NCBI GenBank assembly: GCA_963792965.1
Contig: CAWBYW010000013.1
Coordinates: 1 to 64,000, forward strand
Direction: 5' to 3'
Length of the DNA stretch: 64,000 nucleotides
DNA from: an uncultured delta proteobacterium
Lineage (GTDB): Bacteria > Desulfobacterota > Zymogenia > Zymogenales > Zymogenaceae
The notes under the pieces were generated by a model that saw only the letters and a program-made list of their open reading frames with translations, did not search any database and was not told the DNA's origin. The stretch's first letter is position 1, and every line of letters begins with the position of its first letter. This document shows, in pieces, positions 51,113 to 62,016 of the stretch. The position numbers and the translations under genes are program-made.

Positions 51113-51281
51113 TCTTTCGTCTTCCTCTGTCTTGAATAGCCGTGTCGGCTTGAAGGCCTGACCGGAGGCAATTCAGGCGGAAATGTAGACATTCGACGAT
51201 ACCAAAAAATAGCAGTATATGATAATATAACTTTTTTTAGATACTTTTTCAAGGGCACCGGCAAAACGGCGAACGATTTTC

Positions 51282-51845
51282 ATGAAGCCCAAAAGCATCC
51301 CCTGTGATTATCTGGCCCGTGACAAGAGCGGCAGGGCCGCGCTCCTCTTTTCGGCCCTCAGGCCCCACCTGAGCCGCGGCATGTGGTACCTCGACATCGG
51401 CTGCGGCACGGCCCCGCTGACCCGGTACATCGACGAATCGTTTCCCCCCTCTATCCTTGTCGGCCTGGACCTCAGCACGGAGGCGATACGCTCCTGTGTC
51501 GCCGAGTACCCCAGCCATACGTGGCTCTGCATCAAAAGCGACGCGTTTGTGGTCGAGCGGCGCTATGACGTCGTCCTGCATACCGGGATCAATGCGATCC
51601 GCTATAACGACTGGGAGATCCATGAGCGGATACTGCGTCATCCCGAGGGGCGGCCCTCCTGTGTCTTGATCGAGTCGGGGGACTACCGGGACGGCCCGAG
51701 CGACACCCACGAGACATACGAGAAGATCAGGGGGATCTATCGGGGCGCGGGTTTTTCACTCGATCGGGAGGAGGTATTTGACGTAGGGCATTTTCCCGTC
51801 CCGATCCGCACCTATGCGGTGCTCATCAACCCCCGGTTTAGCTGA
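51282..51845 (+). CDS. Class I SAM-dependent methyltransferase
   Basis: YLDIGCGT, GLDLS and YDVV motifs. Confidence 0.75.
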   Translation: MKPKSIPCDYLARDKSGRAALLFSALRPHLSRGMWYLDIGCGTAPLTRYIDESFPPSILVGLDLSTEAIRSCVAEYPSHTWLCIKSDAFVVERRYDVVLHTGINAIRYNDWEIHERILRHPEGRPSCVLIESGDYRDGPSDTHETYEKIRGIYRGAGFSLDREEVFDVGHFPVPIRTYAVLINPRFS

Positions 51846-52257
51846 GGGAAAAGTAAAAACTTCGGTGGAGAGATAGGAAAAGAGCCTTCCGGAACGAATA
51901 ACATATTGATATTCCTCACTAATCCGGCTGCTTACAGAATAGGCAAATATACAAAACCTTCCTGTTTTCAATGGGTTTAGGGGTCGTCCGTCCCAGTTAC
52001 CCACACATTATGCACATGTATGACTTTTTTGCGCTTTTTGGACGTTAACATCGGAGCGGCGGGCGTTGTGCGAGAGCGGGCGCAGACATGGAACGACGGG
52101 CGAAATCAGGCGAAAAGTGAGATCGATCCTGCAGGTCCCGGGAAAGGCGCCCCATTCCCCGGCACCGTATTCCTCTCCTTGTCTTTCTCGATATCTCCCT
52201 GATATCGGGCCGGCCGTCGGCCCCCGCTGTCCATCTCAACAATACACCGATTATGAC

Positions 52258-52298
52258 TTGAAATCTTTCTCAAGGTGAGGTATGGTTTCATACGTATG
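52258..52298 (+). promoter_or_regulatory. Promoter with 10-bp palindrome at +1
   Basis: TTGAAA-17-TATGGT, then CATACGTATG. Confidence 0.5.
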
Positions 52299-52342
52299 GG
52301 GCCGCGCCAAGACAGGCGACCCGGTCGACAGGAGAGCATCGC

Positions 52343-54250
52343 ATGGATCATAAGTCATTGACCGCGGGTAGGAAGAAACGGGCGGAGATCATTGCCCAGG
52401 CAGGTGGAATCGATCAGGCCGTTGGGTCGGGAAAGCTCGACAGGCGACTCGACATCACGCTGTCTGAGGCCGTCGTGTTGGGTCTTATCCGCCAGGACGT
52501 AAAAAGGTTCGTGGGAATCTTCGGGCACGGCAGCACCGACGTGGGTGAGGTGCTGCGCGTCTACGAGGAGGCGGGCGTTGTTAAGACCTACGGGGTCAGG
52601 AGCGAGATCGAGGCCGTCCACGCGGCGTCCGCCCTTCGCTGGGTGACCGGAGAGAAGGCCGCCGTCTTCACCTCCATCGGTCCCGGCGCGATGCACGCGC
52701 TGGCGGCATCGCTTGCCCCCGTGAGCGACGGCATCGGCGTCTGGTTCCTCTTGGGCGACGAGACCACCGAGGACGAGGGGCCCAATATGCAGCAGATCGC
52801 CCGCCACGAGCAAAGCCTCTTTTTTCGGCTCTTCTCGGTCATGGGCAGTACCTATCAGCTCCATACTCCCCGGGCCCTCTCTACCGCGCTGAGGCGGGGG
52901 CTGGGCACCGTCGATCACCCGTATCGCCCCGGACCGTTTTTCCTGCTCATGCCGATGAATACCCAGCCGGCCGTGATCCACGGCTTCAACCTCGATTCGC
53001 TGCCGTATGACCCGCCGCCCCGGCTCGGGCCCGCGGCGGACGGTGCCGTAGACGGCGGCACGGGCGCGTATGAGAAGGCGGCCGACGTGCTCCGCTCATC
53101 TGCGCGGGTGGTCGTGAAGGTCGGCGGTGGGGCACGACAGGCGGGCGCGGAGCTGACCGAATTCTTGGAGCTGGCCGATGGTGTGGCCGTCACCAGCCCG
53201 CTCGTCTCAGGCGTCATACCCTTTGACCACCCCCGCAACATGACCGTCGGCGGCTCGAAGGGCTCCCTATCGGGAAACTTCGCGATGGAAAACGCCGATT
53301 GCCTGGTCGCCGTCGGGTCTCGCTTCGTGTGCCAATCCGACTGCTCGCGTACCGGCTACCCGAACGTCAAGCAAGTCATCAATATCAACGGTGATCTCGA
53401 ATCGGCGACGCACTATCAGAAGACGATCCCCTTTGTCGGGGATGCGGCGGCGACCCTGGGGCTACTCAACGAGCGGTTGAGGCGGACGATCAAGGCGCGC
53501 CCCGAGGCGGGCTCGGAATGGCTTCTTGCGTGCCGCGAAAAGCGCAGTGAGTGGGACACGTTCCGCGAGGCCCGCTACGCCGCGCCACGCCTTTTTGACC
53601 CGGCGTGGAAGAGGGAGGTGCTCACCCAGCCGGCCGCGATCAAGGCCGCAACGGACTGGGCGAGAATGAACGACGCCGTGACCTTCTTCGACGCGGGCGA
53701 CGTACAGGCCAACGGCTTTCAGATTGTCGAGGACGACAGGCCCGGCCGCACCTTCACCGAGACCGGCGCCAGCTACATGGGCTTTGCCGCATCGGCGCTG
53801 CTGGCCACGGCGCTTTCGTCAAAGCCGTTTTTCGGCATGGCGCTTTCCGGGGATGGCTCGTTTGTCATGAACCCCCAGGTCCTTATCGACGGGGTAGAAC
53901 ATGGGGCGCGGGGCGTCCTTGTCGTGCTGGATAACCGGCGGATGGGGGCGATCTCGGGACTCCAGGACGCCCAGTATGGGGCGATCTACGCGACGGGAGA
54001 CACGGTCGCGGTTGACTATGTCGCCTGGGCGCGGTCGATCAAGGGGGTCGCCGCCTTCTTCGGAGGGGACACGGTCGATTTCCTCGTTGACGCACTCAAC
54101 AAGGCCCGAGAGCATAACGGTATTTCTCTTATTCACGTGCCGGTCTATTGGGGAAGTGATCCCCTCGGCGGGATGGGGGTCTTTGGGAGGTGGAACGTGG
54201 GCAACTGGTGCGAGGATACGCAGAACCTGCGTCACGAGATCGGCCTGTAA
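52343..54250 (+). CDS. Thiamine pyrophosphate-dependent enzyme, IolD-like
   Basis: GIFGHG, TSIGPGA, and TPP motif GDGSF...DN. Confidence 0.8.
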   Translation: MDHKSLTAGRKKRAEIIAQAGGIDQAVGSGKLDRRLDITLSEAVVLGLIRQDVKRFVGIFGHGSTDVGEVLRVYEEAGVVKTYGVRSEIEAVHAASALRWVTGEKAAVFTSIGPGAMHALAASLAPVSDGIGVWFLLGDETTEDEGPNMQQIARHEQSLFFRLFSVMGSTYQLHTPRALSTALRRGLGTVDHPYRPGPFFLLMPMNTQPAVIHGFNLDSLPYDPPPRLGPAADGAVDGGTGAYEKAADVLRSSARVVVKVGGGARQAGAELTEFLELADGVAVTSPLVSGVIPFDHPRNMTVGGSKGSLSGNFAMENADCLVAVGSRFVCQSDCSRTGYPNVKQVININGDLESATHYQKTIPFVGDAAATLGLLNERLRRTIKARPEAGSEWLLACREKRSEWDTFREARYAAPRLFDPAWKREVLTQPAAIKAATDWARMNDAVTFFDAGDVQANGFQIVEDDRPGRTFTETGASYMGFAASALLATALSSKPFFGMALSGDGSFVMNPQVLIDGVEHGARGVLVVLDNRRMGAISGLQDAQYGAIYATGDTVAVDYVAWARSIKGVAAFFGGDTVDFLVDALNKAREHNGISLIHVPVYWGSDPLGGMGVFGRWNVGNWCEDTQNLRHEIGL

Positions 54251-54370
54251 GCGGCGCACCGGAAATCGGGCATATTTGAAGCACGTTCGGGAAACAGAGA
54301 GCACTATCGGCACTACACAACGGCCCGGTTCTCACGAGGCCGGGGTCACCGGGCGGAACGAGAGTATATC

Positions 54371-55807
54371 ATGAAGATTCCGAATGAGATGTACATAGAC
54401 GGCGCATGGACGGGCGCGTCGGACGGCAAGACGACGGATATCGTCAACCCCGCAAGCGAACGGATTGTGGACACGGTCCCCGTCGCGACGTCGGCGGACC
54501 TCGACCGGACGCTGGCGGCCGTCAGGAAAGGGTGGGAAGTCTGGCGGGAGGTCGACGCCTGGACGAGGAGCGCGATCATCAGGAAGATCGCCGGTCTTTT
54601 GCGCGAGCGCACGGAAGAGATCGCGGCCGTCCTCACCGAGGAAGAGGGGAAGCCCACCAGCGAGGCCGTCGCGGAGCTGCGGGGGACTGCCGACCAATTC
54701 GACTGGTACGCCGACGAGGCGCGCCGTATCTACGGCCGCATCATCGACGGGCACAGCCGGGAGCATAGGCTTCTGGTCATCAGGCAGCCCATCGGGCCGG
54801 TGGCGGCGTTTTCCCCCTGGAACTTTCCGGCCCTCCTCTCGTCCCGGAAGATCGCCCCGGCCCTGGCGGCCGGCTGCTCGATCGTCGTCAAGCCGGCGGT
54901 GGAAGCGCCGCGCACGACCTTGTGCCTGGCCCAATGCTGCCACGACGCCGGGATCCCCGCCGGGGTCGTCAACATGGTCACCGGCAACTCCTCGGCCATC
55001 AGCAAACACCTCATCGCGTCGGACGTCATCCGCAAGGTAACCCTCACGGGATCGGTGCCGGTGGGGCGCGAGATCCTCAGGATGTGCGCGGACGGCATCA
55101 AGGCGGTATCGATGGAGCTGGGGGGTCACAGCCCCGTGCTCGTCTTTCCGGACGCGGATATCGAGCGGGCGGCCGAGATCTGCGCCCGGGGTAAATTCCG
55201 GAACAACGGCCAGGTCTGCATCGCCGCCAGCCGTTTCTTCGTCCACGAGTCGGTTGCGGATTTGTTCACGAATAGATTCGCAGAAGTCACGAAATCGCTC
55301 AGGATCGGTGATGGAAAAGACCCCGCCACCGACGTGGGGCCGCTGGCCAACAGGCGGCGGCTTGAGGCGACCGAGCGCCTGGTTCGTGACGCCGTGGCAA
55401 AGGGGGCGCGGCTTGTCGCCGGCGGGAAGCGGCCCGAGGGCCTCTCGCTCGGGTTCTACCTTGAGCCGACGGTCCTATACGGTGTCGACCGATCGATGGC
55501 CGTGATGAACGAGGAGCCGTTCTGCCCCATCGCCCCGATCGCGACGTTCACGGATCTTGAGGACGCAATCGGTCAGGCCAACGCCACCGAGTTCGGCCTG
55601 GCGGGCTACGTCTTCACGAAAGACATGAAGACGGCGTTTTTGGCGGCCGAGCGTCTCGAGGTCGGGATGGTGGGGGTCAACACGCTCCTGCTTGCCGCGG
55701 CGGAGATCCCGTTCGGCGGGATAAAGGCGTCCGGCTTCGGGCGCGAGGGGGGGGTCGAGTGGATCGACTCGTATACGGTAACCAAACATATCAACATTCA
55801 GCTGTAA
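54371..55807 (+). CDS. NAD(P)-dependent aldehyde dehydrogenase (SSADH/GabD-like)
   Basis: PWNFP, TGSVPVG, MELGG, GQVCIA, EEPF and PFGGIKASG motifs. Confidence 0.92.
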   Translation: MKIPNEMYIDGAWTGASDGKTTDIVNPASERIVDTVPVATSADLDRTLAAVRKGWEVWREVDAWTRSAIIRKIAGLLRERTEEIAAVLTEEEGKPTSEAVAELRGTADQFDWYADEARRIYGRIIDGHSREHRLLVIRQPIGPVAAFSPWNFPALLSSRKIAPALAAGCSIVVKPAVEAPRTTLCLAQCCHDAGIPAGVVNMVTGNSSAISKHLIASDVIRKVTLTGSVPVGREILRMCADGIKAVSMELGGHSPVLVFPDADIERAAEICARGKFRNNGQVCIAASRFFVHESVADLFTNRFAEVTKSLRIGDGKDPATDVGPLANRRRLEATERLVRDAVAKGARLVAGGKRPEGLSLGFYLEPTVLYGVDRSMAVMNEEPFCPIAPIATFTDLEDAIGQANATEFGLAGYVFTKDMKTAFLAAERLEVGMVGVNTLLLAAAEIPFGGIKASGFGREGGVEWIDSYTVTKHINIQL

Positions 55808-55862
55808 GAGGCAGGTCCGATAAAAGAGATACGCGGAAGGCCGGCCGGAGAGATATAGACAA

Positions 55863-57563
55863 ATGGCAAAGACGAAGAAGCCCGAGGGCATCAATAAGAA
55901 CCTGACGAGCTACGGAGACCCGGAGTTCTCGAAATACATCCGCCGCGCATTTCTCTCGTCTGCGGGCTTCGATCGTGTGGACCTTTCCCGCCCCATCGTC
56001 GGGATCGTGGATACGTCGTCGGACTACAACACCTGCCACCGGGAGATGCCCCAGATGGTAGCGGCGGTAAAAAGGGGGGTGCTCGAGGCCGGGGGCCTGC
56101 CGCTGGCCTTTCCGACGATATCGCTCCATGAGATCATGACTTCCCCCACGACGATGCTCTTCCGCAACCTTGCCGCCATGGATACCGAGGAGATGATGCG
56201 GTGCCAGCCGATGGACGCGGTGGTGATGCTGGCCGGGTGCGACAAGACGCTGCCCGCCCAGATCATGGCCGCCATCTCGGCCGATATCCCGGCGATTTCG
56301 GTGGTGGCGGGGCCGATGATGACCGGGATGTGGCGGGGCCAGCGACTGGGCGCCTGCACCGACTGCCGCAGGCTCTGGGCCCAGTACCGCGCGGGTGAGC
56401 TATCCGAGGCTGAGATCAACGATGTCGAATCGTCGCTCTGCTTCACGGGCGGGACGTGCATGGTCATGGGGACGGCCTCCACAATGGCCTGCCTCGTGGA
56501 GGCGCTCGGGTTGATGCTTCCCGGCGGGGCGACGATTCCCCACGCCGCGGGGCAGCGGCTCTCCCACGCGGCGGCGGCCGGGCGGCGGGCGGTGGCGATG
56601 GCGGCCGAGGGGCTGTCGCCCTCACGGATCATGAGCCGCGCATCCATTGCCAACGCCCTTATCGTGCTCTGCGCCCTGTCGGGGTCGACCAACGCGGTGG
56701 TTCACCTGCTTGCGATCGCCCGGCGCGCGGGGCTTTCTCTTTCCCTCAAAGAGCTCGACGATGCGGCGCGGAAGGTCCCCGTGCTTGTCGACGTGAAGCC
56801 CGCGGGCGCTGGGTACCTCGAGGACTTTTTCCACGCGGGGGGGATGCCCGCGCTCATGAAGGTCCTCAAACCGTTCCTTGACCTCTCGGCAAATACGATC
56901 ACGGGAAAAAGGCTCGGCGATATGATCAAGGACTTTCCGTCGCCGGGAGGCGGACAATCGACGATCCGGTCGCTGGCCAGTCCCCTGAGGCCTATCCAGG
57001 ATCCCGGGGCGATTGCCGTGCTCTTCGGCACACTGGCTCCGGACGGAGCGGTGCTCAAGGCGGCCGCGGCAACCCCGTCGCTCTTCTCCCACCGGGGACC
57101 CGCTGTCGTCTTCGAGTCCCCGGAGGACGCGGTGCGGCGGCTGGACGACCCCGCCCTGAAGATCACTCCCGATCACGTGATGGTGCTCAGAAACGCGGGC
57201 CCCGTGGGCGCCGGGATGCCGGAGGCCGGGTCGCTGCCGATCCCGAAGTACCTGGCGACCCGGGGGGTAAAGGACATGGTGCGGGTGTCGGACGGGAGGA
57301 TGAGCGGGACGGCCTATGGAACGGTGGTGCTACACGTCTCGCCGGAGGCGGCCGTCGGCGGGCCGCTGGCGCTCGTTTGCGACGGAGACACGATCGAACT
57401 TTCGGTGAAGGAGCGGCGCCTGGACCTGTTGGTCGACGAGGCAGAACTGTCGGCCCGACGTGCACGGATCAAACTGCCCGCAGTGCCAGCGCGGGGCTAC
57501 CGGCGGCTCTTCGTCGAGCACGTTCTACAGGCGCACGAAGGGTGCGACTTTGACTTTTTATGA
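55863..57563 (+). CDS. IlvD/Edd family dehydratase (probably a sugar-acid dehydratase)
   Basis: NTCH, GCDKT, GTCMVMGTASTM, GSTN, SDGRMSGT and HVSPEA motifs. Confidence 0.9.
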   Translation: MAKTKKPEGINKNLTSYGDPEFSKYIRRAFLSSAGFDRVDLSRPIVGIVDTSSDYNTCHREMPQMVAAVKRGVLEAGGLPLAFPTISLHEIMTSPTTMLFRNLAAMDTEEMMRCQPMDAVVMLAGCDKTLPAQIMAAISADIPAISVVAGPMMTGMWRGQRLGACTDCRRLWAQYRAGELSEAEINDVESSLCFTGGTCMVMGTASTMACLVEALGLMLPGGATIPHAAGQRLSHAAAAGRRAVAMAAEGLSPSRIMSRASIANALIVLCALSGSTNAVVHLLAIARRAGLSLSLKELDDAARKVPVLVDVKPAGAGYLEDFFHAGGMPALMKVLKPFLDLSANTITGKRLGDMIKDFPSPGGGQSTIRSLASPLRPIQDPGAIAVLFGTLAPDGAVLKAAAATPSLFSHRGPAVVFESPEDAVRRLDDPALKITPDHVMVLRNAGPVGAGMPEAGSLPIPKYLATRGVKDMVRVSDGRMSGTAYGTVVLHVSPEAAVGGPLALVCDGDTIELSVKERRLDLLVDEAELSARRARIKLPAVPARGYRRLFVEHVLQAHEGCDFDFL

Positions 57564-57599
57564 GCATCCGGGAATGCCTTTCTCAATGAGGAAGCAAGC

Positions 57600-58964
57600 A
57601 TGAAGATCACCGTTCTCTCGGGGAGCCCCAAGGGCGAGGGGTCCAACACCCTCGTGTATCTCAACTACATACAAAAACACCGCACAAAACATCACTACAC
57701 GATCCTTCATATCGGGCAACAGGCCCAAAAAATCGAGTCGGATGAAAAGTATTTCCAGAAGATGATTGCCGAGATACGGAAATCCGACGCGATCCTGTGG
57801 GTCTATCCCATCGCCTATTTCCTGGTCCCCTGGGGGATGAAGCGGTTCATCGAACTCGCCTTTGAGAGAAAGGCGCAAACGGCGTTTGCGGGGAAATACG
57901 CCAGCGCCCTCACTACCTCGATGCACCTGTTTGACCACACGTCGCTGGCCTACATCCACGGCATCAGCGAGGACCTTGGGATGAGCTATGTTCCCGCCTT
58001 TTCCGCCCAGTTCACCGACCTGACGGAGGAAGAGGGGCGGCGCCAATTGCTCCTGTTTGCCGACGACTTCATCAGGACGGTGGAAAAGAAGCTCGCCGTG
58101 GAAGCGGTCTATCCGCCCCTTTCGGCCAAGGTCCCAACGTACCGGCCCCTTGAGACGGAGCTGGTGAAGAAGACGGAAAGCTATAGAATCCTCTTTTTAA
58201 CCGACGAGACTCCGAAAGACAGGAACCTCGGCTATATGACCGATGTCTTTCTGCGGCACTTGAAGAACCGGGTCGAGTTCATCAACATCAACGATATCCG
58301 TCTGCAGCCGTGCAAGAACTGCCTGGTCTGCTGCTATGACGGGGTCTGCGCGATCGACGATGACATGAACTTCCTCTACCAAAACCGAATCCTGCCCGCC
58401 GACGCGATCATCTACGCGGGAACGATACACGATCGGTACCTGTCGGGACGGTGGAAGATGTTCTTTGACCGCTTCTTCCTCAACGGACACCGGCCCGTGT
58501 TGGAAGGAAAGCAGGGGGGATTCATCATCTCCGGCCCCCTCAGGCAGATCCCGAACCTTAGGGAGCTGTTAAGTGGATTTTCCGAGACGTTCGGGCTCAA
58601 CAGCTGCGGCGTGGTGACCGATGAATACGGGAAGCCGGACCGGATTACGGGGCTCCTTTCGGCCCTGTCGGACCGGATCATGGCGGGGCTGGAGAACGGA
58701 GCCCGGCGTCCTCCGACCTTCCTCGGTGTCGGGGGACGGAAAATACTTCGGGACATCAACTTTTTCACTCGTTTCGTTTTCACCGAGAATCACCGCTACT
58801 ACACGAAGCACGACCTCTTTGACTTTCCCCACAGTCAGCGTACGATGCGGATCGTCGGCCGCATTATCCCGCCGCTGATGAGGATAAAAGGGTTTCGAAA
58901 GAGATTCCAGTCGCAGATGAACGAAAAAATGATCGCTCCCCTCAAGAAGGCGCTGGAACAATAG
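57600..58964 (+). CDS. Tandem flavodoxin-like NAD(P)H-dependent oxidoreductase / iron-sulfur flavoprotein
   Basis: LSGSPKG..SNT; second domain with CKNCLVC...C. Confidence 0.8.
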   Translation: MKITVLSGSPKGEGSNTLVYLNYIQKHRTKHHYTILHIGQQAQKIESDEKYFQKMIAEIRKSDAILWVYPIAYFLVPWGMKRFIELAFERKAQTAFAGKYASALTTSMHLFDHTSLAYIHGISEDLGMSYVPAFSAQFTDLTEEEGRRQLLLFADDFIRTVEKKLAVEAVYPPLSAKVPTYRPLETELVKKTESYRILFLTDETPKDRNLGYMTDVFLRHLKNRVEFININDIRLQPCKNCLVCCYDGVCAIDDDMNFLYQNRILPADAIIYAGTIHDRYLSGRWKMFFDRFFLNGHRPVLEGKQGGFIISGPLRQIPNLRELLSGFSETFGLNSCGVVTDEYGKPDRITGLLSALSDRIMAGLENGARRPPTFLGVGGRKILRDINFFTRFVFTENHRYYTKHDLFDFPHSQRTMRIVGRIIPPLMRIKGFRKRFQSQMNEKMIAPLKKALEQ

Positions 58965-59213
58965 GAGGGAAACGGCAACAGATTTCCGGCAGCGGCTTAT
59001 GGCCGCCTTCGTATGGGCTGCCCCGGGACCTGTGAGGCTGGTACCGCTTACGTGCGTCCGGATGAACGTGAGGGGGATATAGTTCCGCCTTGATCCTTCC
59101 CATCTGAATTAGTCAGGAATTCACTATATGCATACATCTTAAAAATATTTAATCCTATTAGATATTTCTTTACAGCAACGTCGGAACATCACTATAATAC
59201 GCACCCGAAGCAC

Positions 59214-60338
59214 ATGAAGGAATTCGATATGGTCGGCAAAAAAACGAGTGCCGCGCGATCTCTCTCGAAATGGAAAACCCTCCCCTTTCTCTTCTTCCTT
59301 GTCCTTCTGTTTCTCACGGCGGGCTTCTGTCTCCTATCCTTTATATATGGGGCGAAAAGCGAGCATACGGCTCTTCCGCCTCTCTTGGGCAATACGCCCG
59401 ACAGGCTGGCGCGGGTGGGCGAGGACACGATCGTCGGGCGTCCGTTCTCCTTCCTGGTGGCGGGAGACACGAGAAGCAGCGACACGTTCGAAGATTTCAT
59501 GAACAACATGCGGCTTGAGCATACTCCCGATTTTGGGATTATCCTCGGCGATTTCGTCCCGACTTCCGATATGTCAAGGCACCGTTTTTTCATCCAGGAA
59601 TTCGCAGAATGGCACATGCGCTTTCCGATCCTGTTAGTTGCGGGAAACCACGACATCTTCTGCCACGGAACGTCCCGCGATCTTGAGCCCTTTACCCTTA
59701 ACGACTTCGAGAAGACATACGGACCCGTGAATTTCTTCTTTATCCATGGAGGCTGCCTCTTTATCTGTCTCAATGATCTCTACAACGGGTCATACGTCGA
59801 TTATGCCCGGGATGTCCTTTCCCGGAAGGCGGCGGGCAGCCTGATGATCTTCGTCTTTACCCACATACCGCCCCGTTCGATATCGCCGATCATCAGGACA
59901 CGGCCCATCGACCGGGAAAAAGAATTCATTGATCTCCTTGAACAGTATAGGGTCGATTATGTTTTCAGCGGCGACTTTCATTCGTATCTCAGGAGCGACT
60001 ACAATCACGTAAAATTCATCGTCTCCGGTGGCGGCGGCTCGAAGCTCTGGGGCGGCAATGAGAGGAGCTTTCACCACGTGCTCTTTCTGTCGGTTGACCC
60101 GGCGGCACGGGACGTTGACGAGATCATCTATCCGATCTCGGAGGTGACAGACATCGGAGACGACCTGGAAATAGTCCTCATTTGCCAACTTTATCCATTC
60201 TTTAAACCACACCTCGCACTGTGGGCGGCCACCTTTTCTCTGGTCATGGTCGTGGCGCTGGCGGGCATCGGCTGGCTGATCATCGCGGCCCGACGGAGAC
60301 CGTCAGCGAGATCGGAGCCGCGAAAAGGCAGAGGATAG
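59214..60338 (+). CDS. Membrane-anchored calcineurin-like metallophosphoesterase
   Basis: AGDT, LGDF, GNHD, THIP and SGDFH motifs; N- and C-terminal TM segments. Confidence 0.85.
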   Translation: MKEFDMVGKKTSAARSLSKWKTLPFLFFLVLLFLTAGFCLLSFIYGAKSEHTALPPLLGNTPDRLARVGEDTIVGRPFSFLVAGDTRSSDTFEDFMNNMRLEHTPDFGIILGDFVPTSDMSRHRFFIQEFAEWHMRFPILLVAGNHDIFCHGTSRDLEPFTLNDFEKTYGPVNFFFIHGGCLFICLNDLYNGSYVDYARDVLSRKAAGSLMIFVFTHIPPRSISPIIRTRPIDREKEFIDLLEQYRVDYVFSGDFHSYLRSDYNHVKFIVSGGGGSKLWGGNERSFHHVLFLSVDPAARDVDEIIYPISEVTDIGDDLEIVLICQLYPFFKPHLALWAATFSLVMVVALAGIGWLIIAARRRPSARSEPRKGRG

Positions 60339-60601
60339 GACTCAGGCCCACGTCTCGTGAGCTGCCCGTGCTATCAGGAGATACCGCACCGGGCGTTCAT
60401 TCCGTGCCTCTTCCCGGGCACGGATCCTCATGCTCCTCTTGCCGGCTGTGAGATAAAGACCGCGGTTCGATGTCCCGTCGAGCCCTTGAGGGCGCGGGTG
60501 TCTCCCCCCCATCTATAAGCGAAGCGTTTTCTGAGCTCTCGAAGAGCACCCCTCGCGACGGCCGCCGATACTTCCTCAATCGTCCGAATAGATCCTCAAC
60601 A

Positions 60602-60764
60602 AATGTAGTTATATTACATTATTGGTGGAGATGTCGTTCCTTCACGGGATCAAGAACCGGCACTATCTGTGCAACTATCTGAAGATAAAAGCAATATGTT
60701 ATTATCGTAACCGGAGAAGAATTCTCTTGACAAAATACCATAATATGTAATTCTATTACATATT
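60602..60764. promoter_or_regulatory. Two copies of a palindromic operator (ATGTART-N3-ATTACAT) near a TTGACA box
   Basis: AATGTAGT-tat-ATTACATT (60602-60620) and AATATGTAAT-tct-ATTACATATT (60742-60764); TTGACA at 60727. Confidence 0.65.
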
Positions 60765-60830
60765 GTCTTTCGCCCCTTTGCGGTATCAGAGATACGTGCT
60801 CCGGCCCCGGAGCATGGAACGGAGGAAGAT

Positions 60831-61151
60831 ATGAACAAGAGGGCATTTGCGTCGTATTTGATGTTTTTTTCGGTGATCGCGCTTATCCCTTCGGGGATCA
60901 TGCTCCATCTGACGGCGTCGGAGGCCTTTGGGCCGACGAGGCATCTGCTCATGTGTGTCCACAACGTAGCCGGCATTATCCTCGTGATATCGGCGTCCGT
61001 ACACTTTGCCTTTAACTACCGGCCCATGGTGTCGTTTCTGAGGTCAAGGGCCGATGCTCGCTTCCGTCCCCACAGGGAAGTGACGCTTGCCGCAACAGTC
61101 GTGGTGGTGCTGATCAGCCTGGTTGCTCTCCACGTCTTCATTCATGGGTAA
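60831..61151 (+). CDS. DUF4405-like small membrane protein (cytochrome b-like His pair)
   Basis: Three TM segments; SGI, VHNVAG and VHFAFNY motifs. Confidence 0.7.
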   Translation: MNKRAFASYLMFFSVIALIPSGIMLHLTASEAFGPTRHLLMCVHNVAGIILVISASVHFAFNYRPMVSFLRSRADARFRPHREVTLAATVVVVLISLVALHVFIHG

Positions 61152-61165
61152 GGTGAAGTGATAGG

Positions 61166-61840
61166 ATGGAAAGAGACAGAGCTCATAGCGAAGCCGGGAA
61201 AGAACGCCGCCATTACCTGAAAAAGGACCTGCGCCGGGCGCAGATCGTCGCGGCCGCGCGGCCGATATTTGCCCGGAAGGGCTTCCACGGGACCGCCGTC
61301 GAGGAGATACTGAAGGCTTCCGGCGTTGCCCAGGGGACGCTCTATCTCCACTTCGCCAACAAGGAGGAGATCTTCCGTGCCGTGATGGGTGATGCGCTGG
61401 AGAAGATCGGCGAGATCGTGCGGCCCCTTTCCGATGACGAATTCCCGATCTCGGCTTCGAGCCCCGAGGCCGTGTTTGCGTATATTAGAGAAAAAAACCG
61501 AAGGCTACTTTTTGCCGTCAGAGAAGATAAAGATCTCATTCGCCTCATCTTCAGAGAGGAACCTGGGCTCGAGTCCACCAGGAGCGAAATACTCTCGCGG
61601 ATCAACGACGTGATGGTGGGGCAGGTTCAGACGGAGCTTTCGATCTTTCGCAACCTGAATCTGATCGGCGCCATCGACACCGCCCTTGCCGCTCGGATGA
61701 TCGTCGGGACGATGTTGACGCTGATCACCACCGACATCATCGGGGACGATGCCCCCGACATCGAGCGCCTCGCCAGTGAGGCCACCCGCATCCAATTTTA
61801 CGGCATGGCCAAACGTCCCACAGATGAAGGGGAATCCTGA
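61166..61840 (+). CDS. TetR/AcrR family regulator
   Basis: FARKGFHGTAVEEI..SGVAQGTLYLHFANKEEI. Confidence 0.92.
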   Translation: MERDRAHSEAGKERRHYLKKDLRRAQIVAAARPIFARKGFHGTAVEEILKASGVAQGTLYLHFANKEEIFRAVMGDALEKIGEIVRPLSDDEFPISASSPEAVFAYIREKNRRLLFAVREDKDLIRLIFREEPGLESTRSEILSRINDVMVGQVQTELSIFRNLNLIGAIDTALAARMIVGTMLTLITTDIIGDDAPDIERLASEATRIQFYGMAKRPTDEGES

Positions 61841-62016
61841 ACGGCGGCCGGGATAACCATCCGGCCTACCGATAATCAATCCATTCGAAATCGCGCTCGC
61901 AGGACCTGGTTGATGAGTCCGGAGCGATACGCGCCCCTTTTACCTACCTTGAGTTTTCTTTTGCCCGGGGGAAGACGTCGTGGTAATATATTATTAATAT
62001 ACTAAGGTTACTGGCC

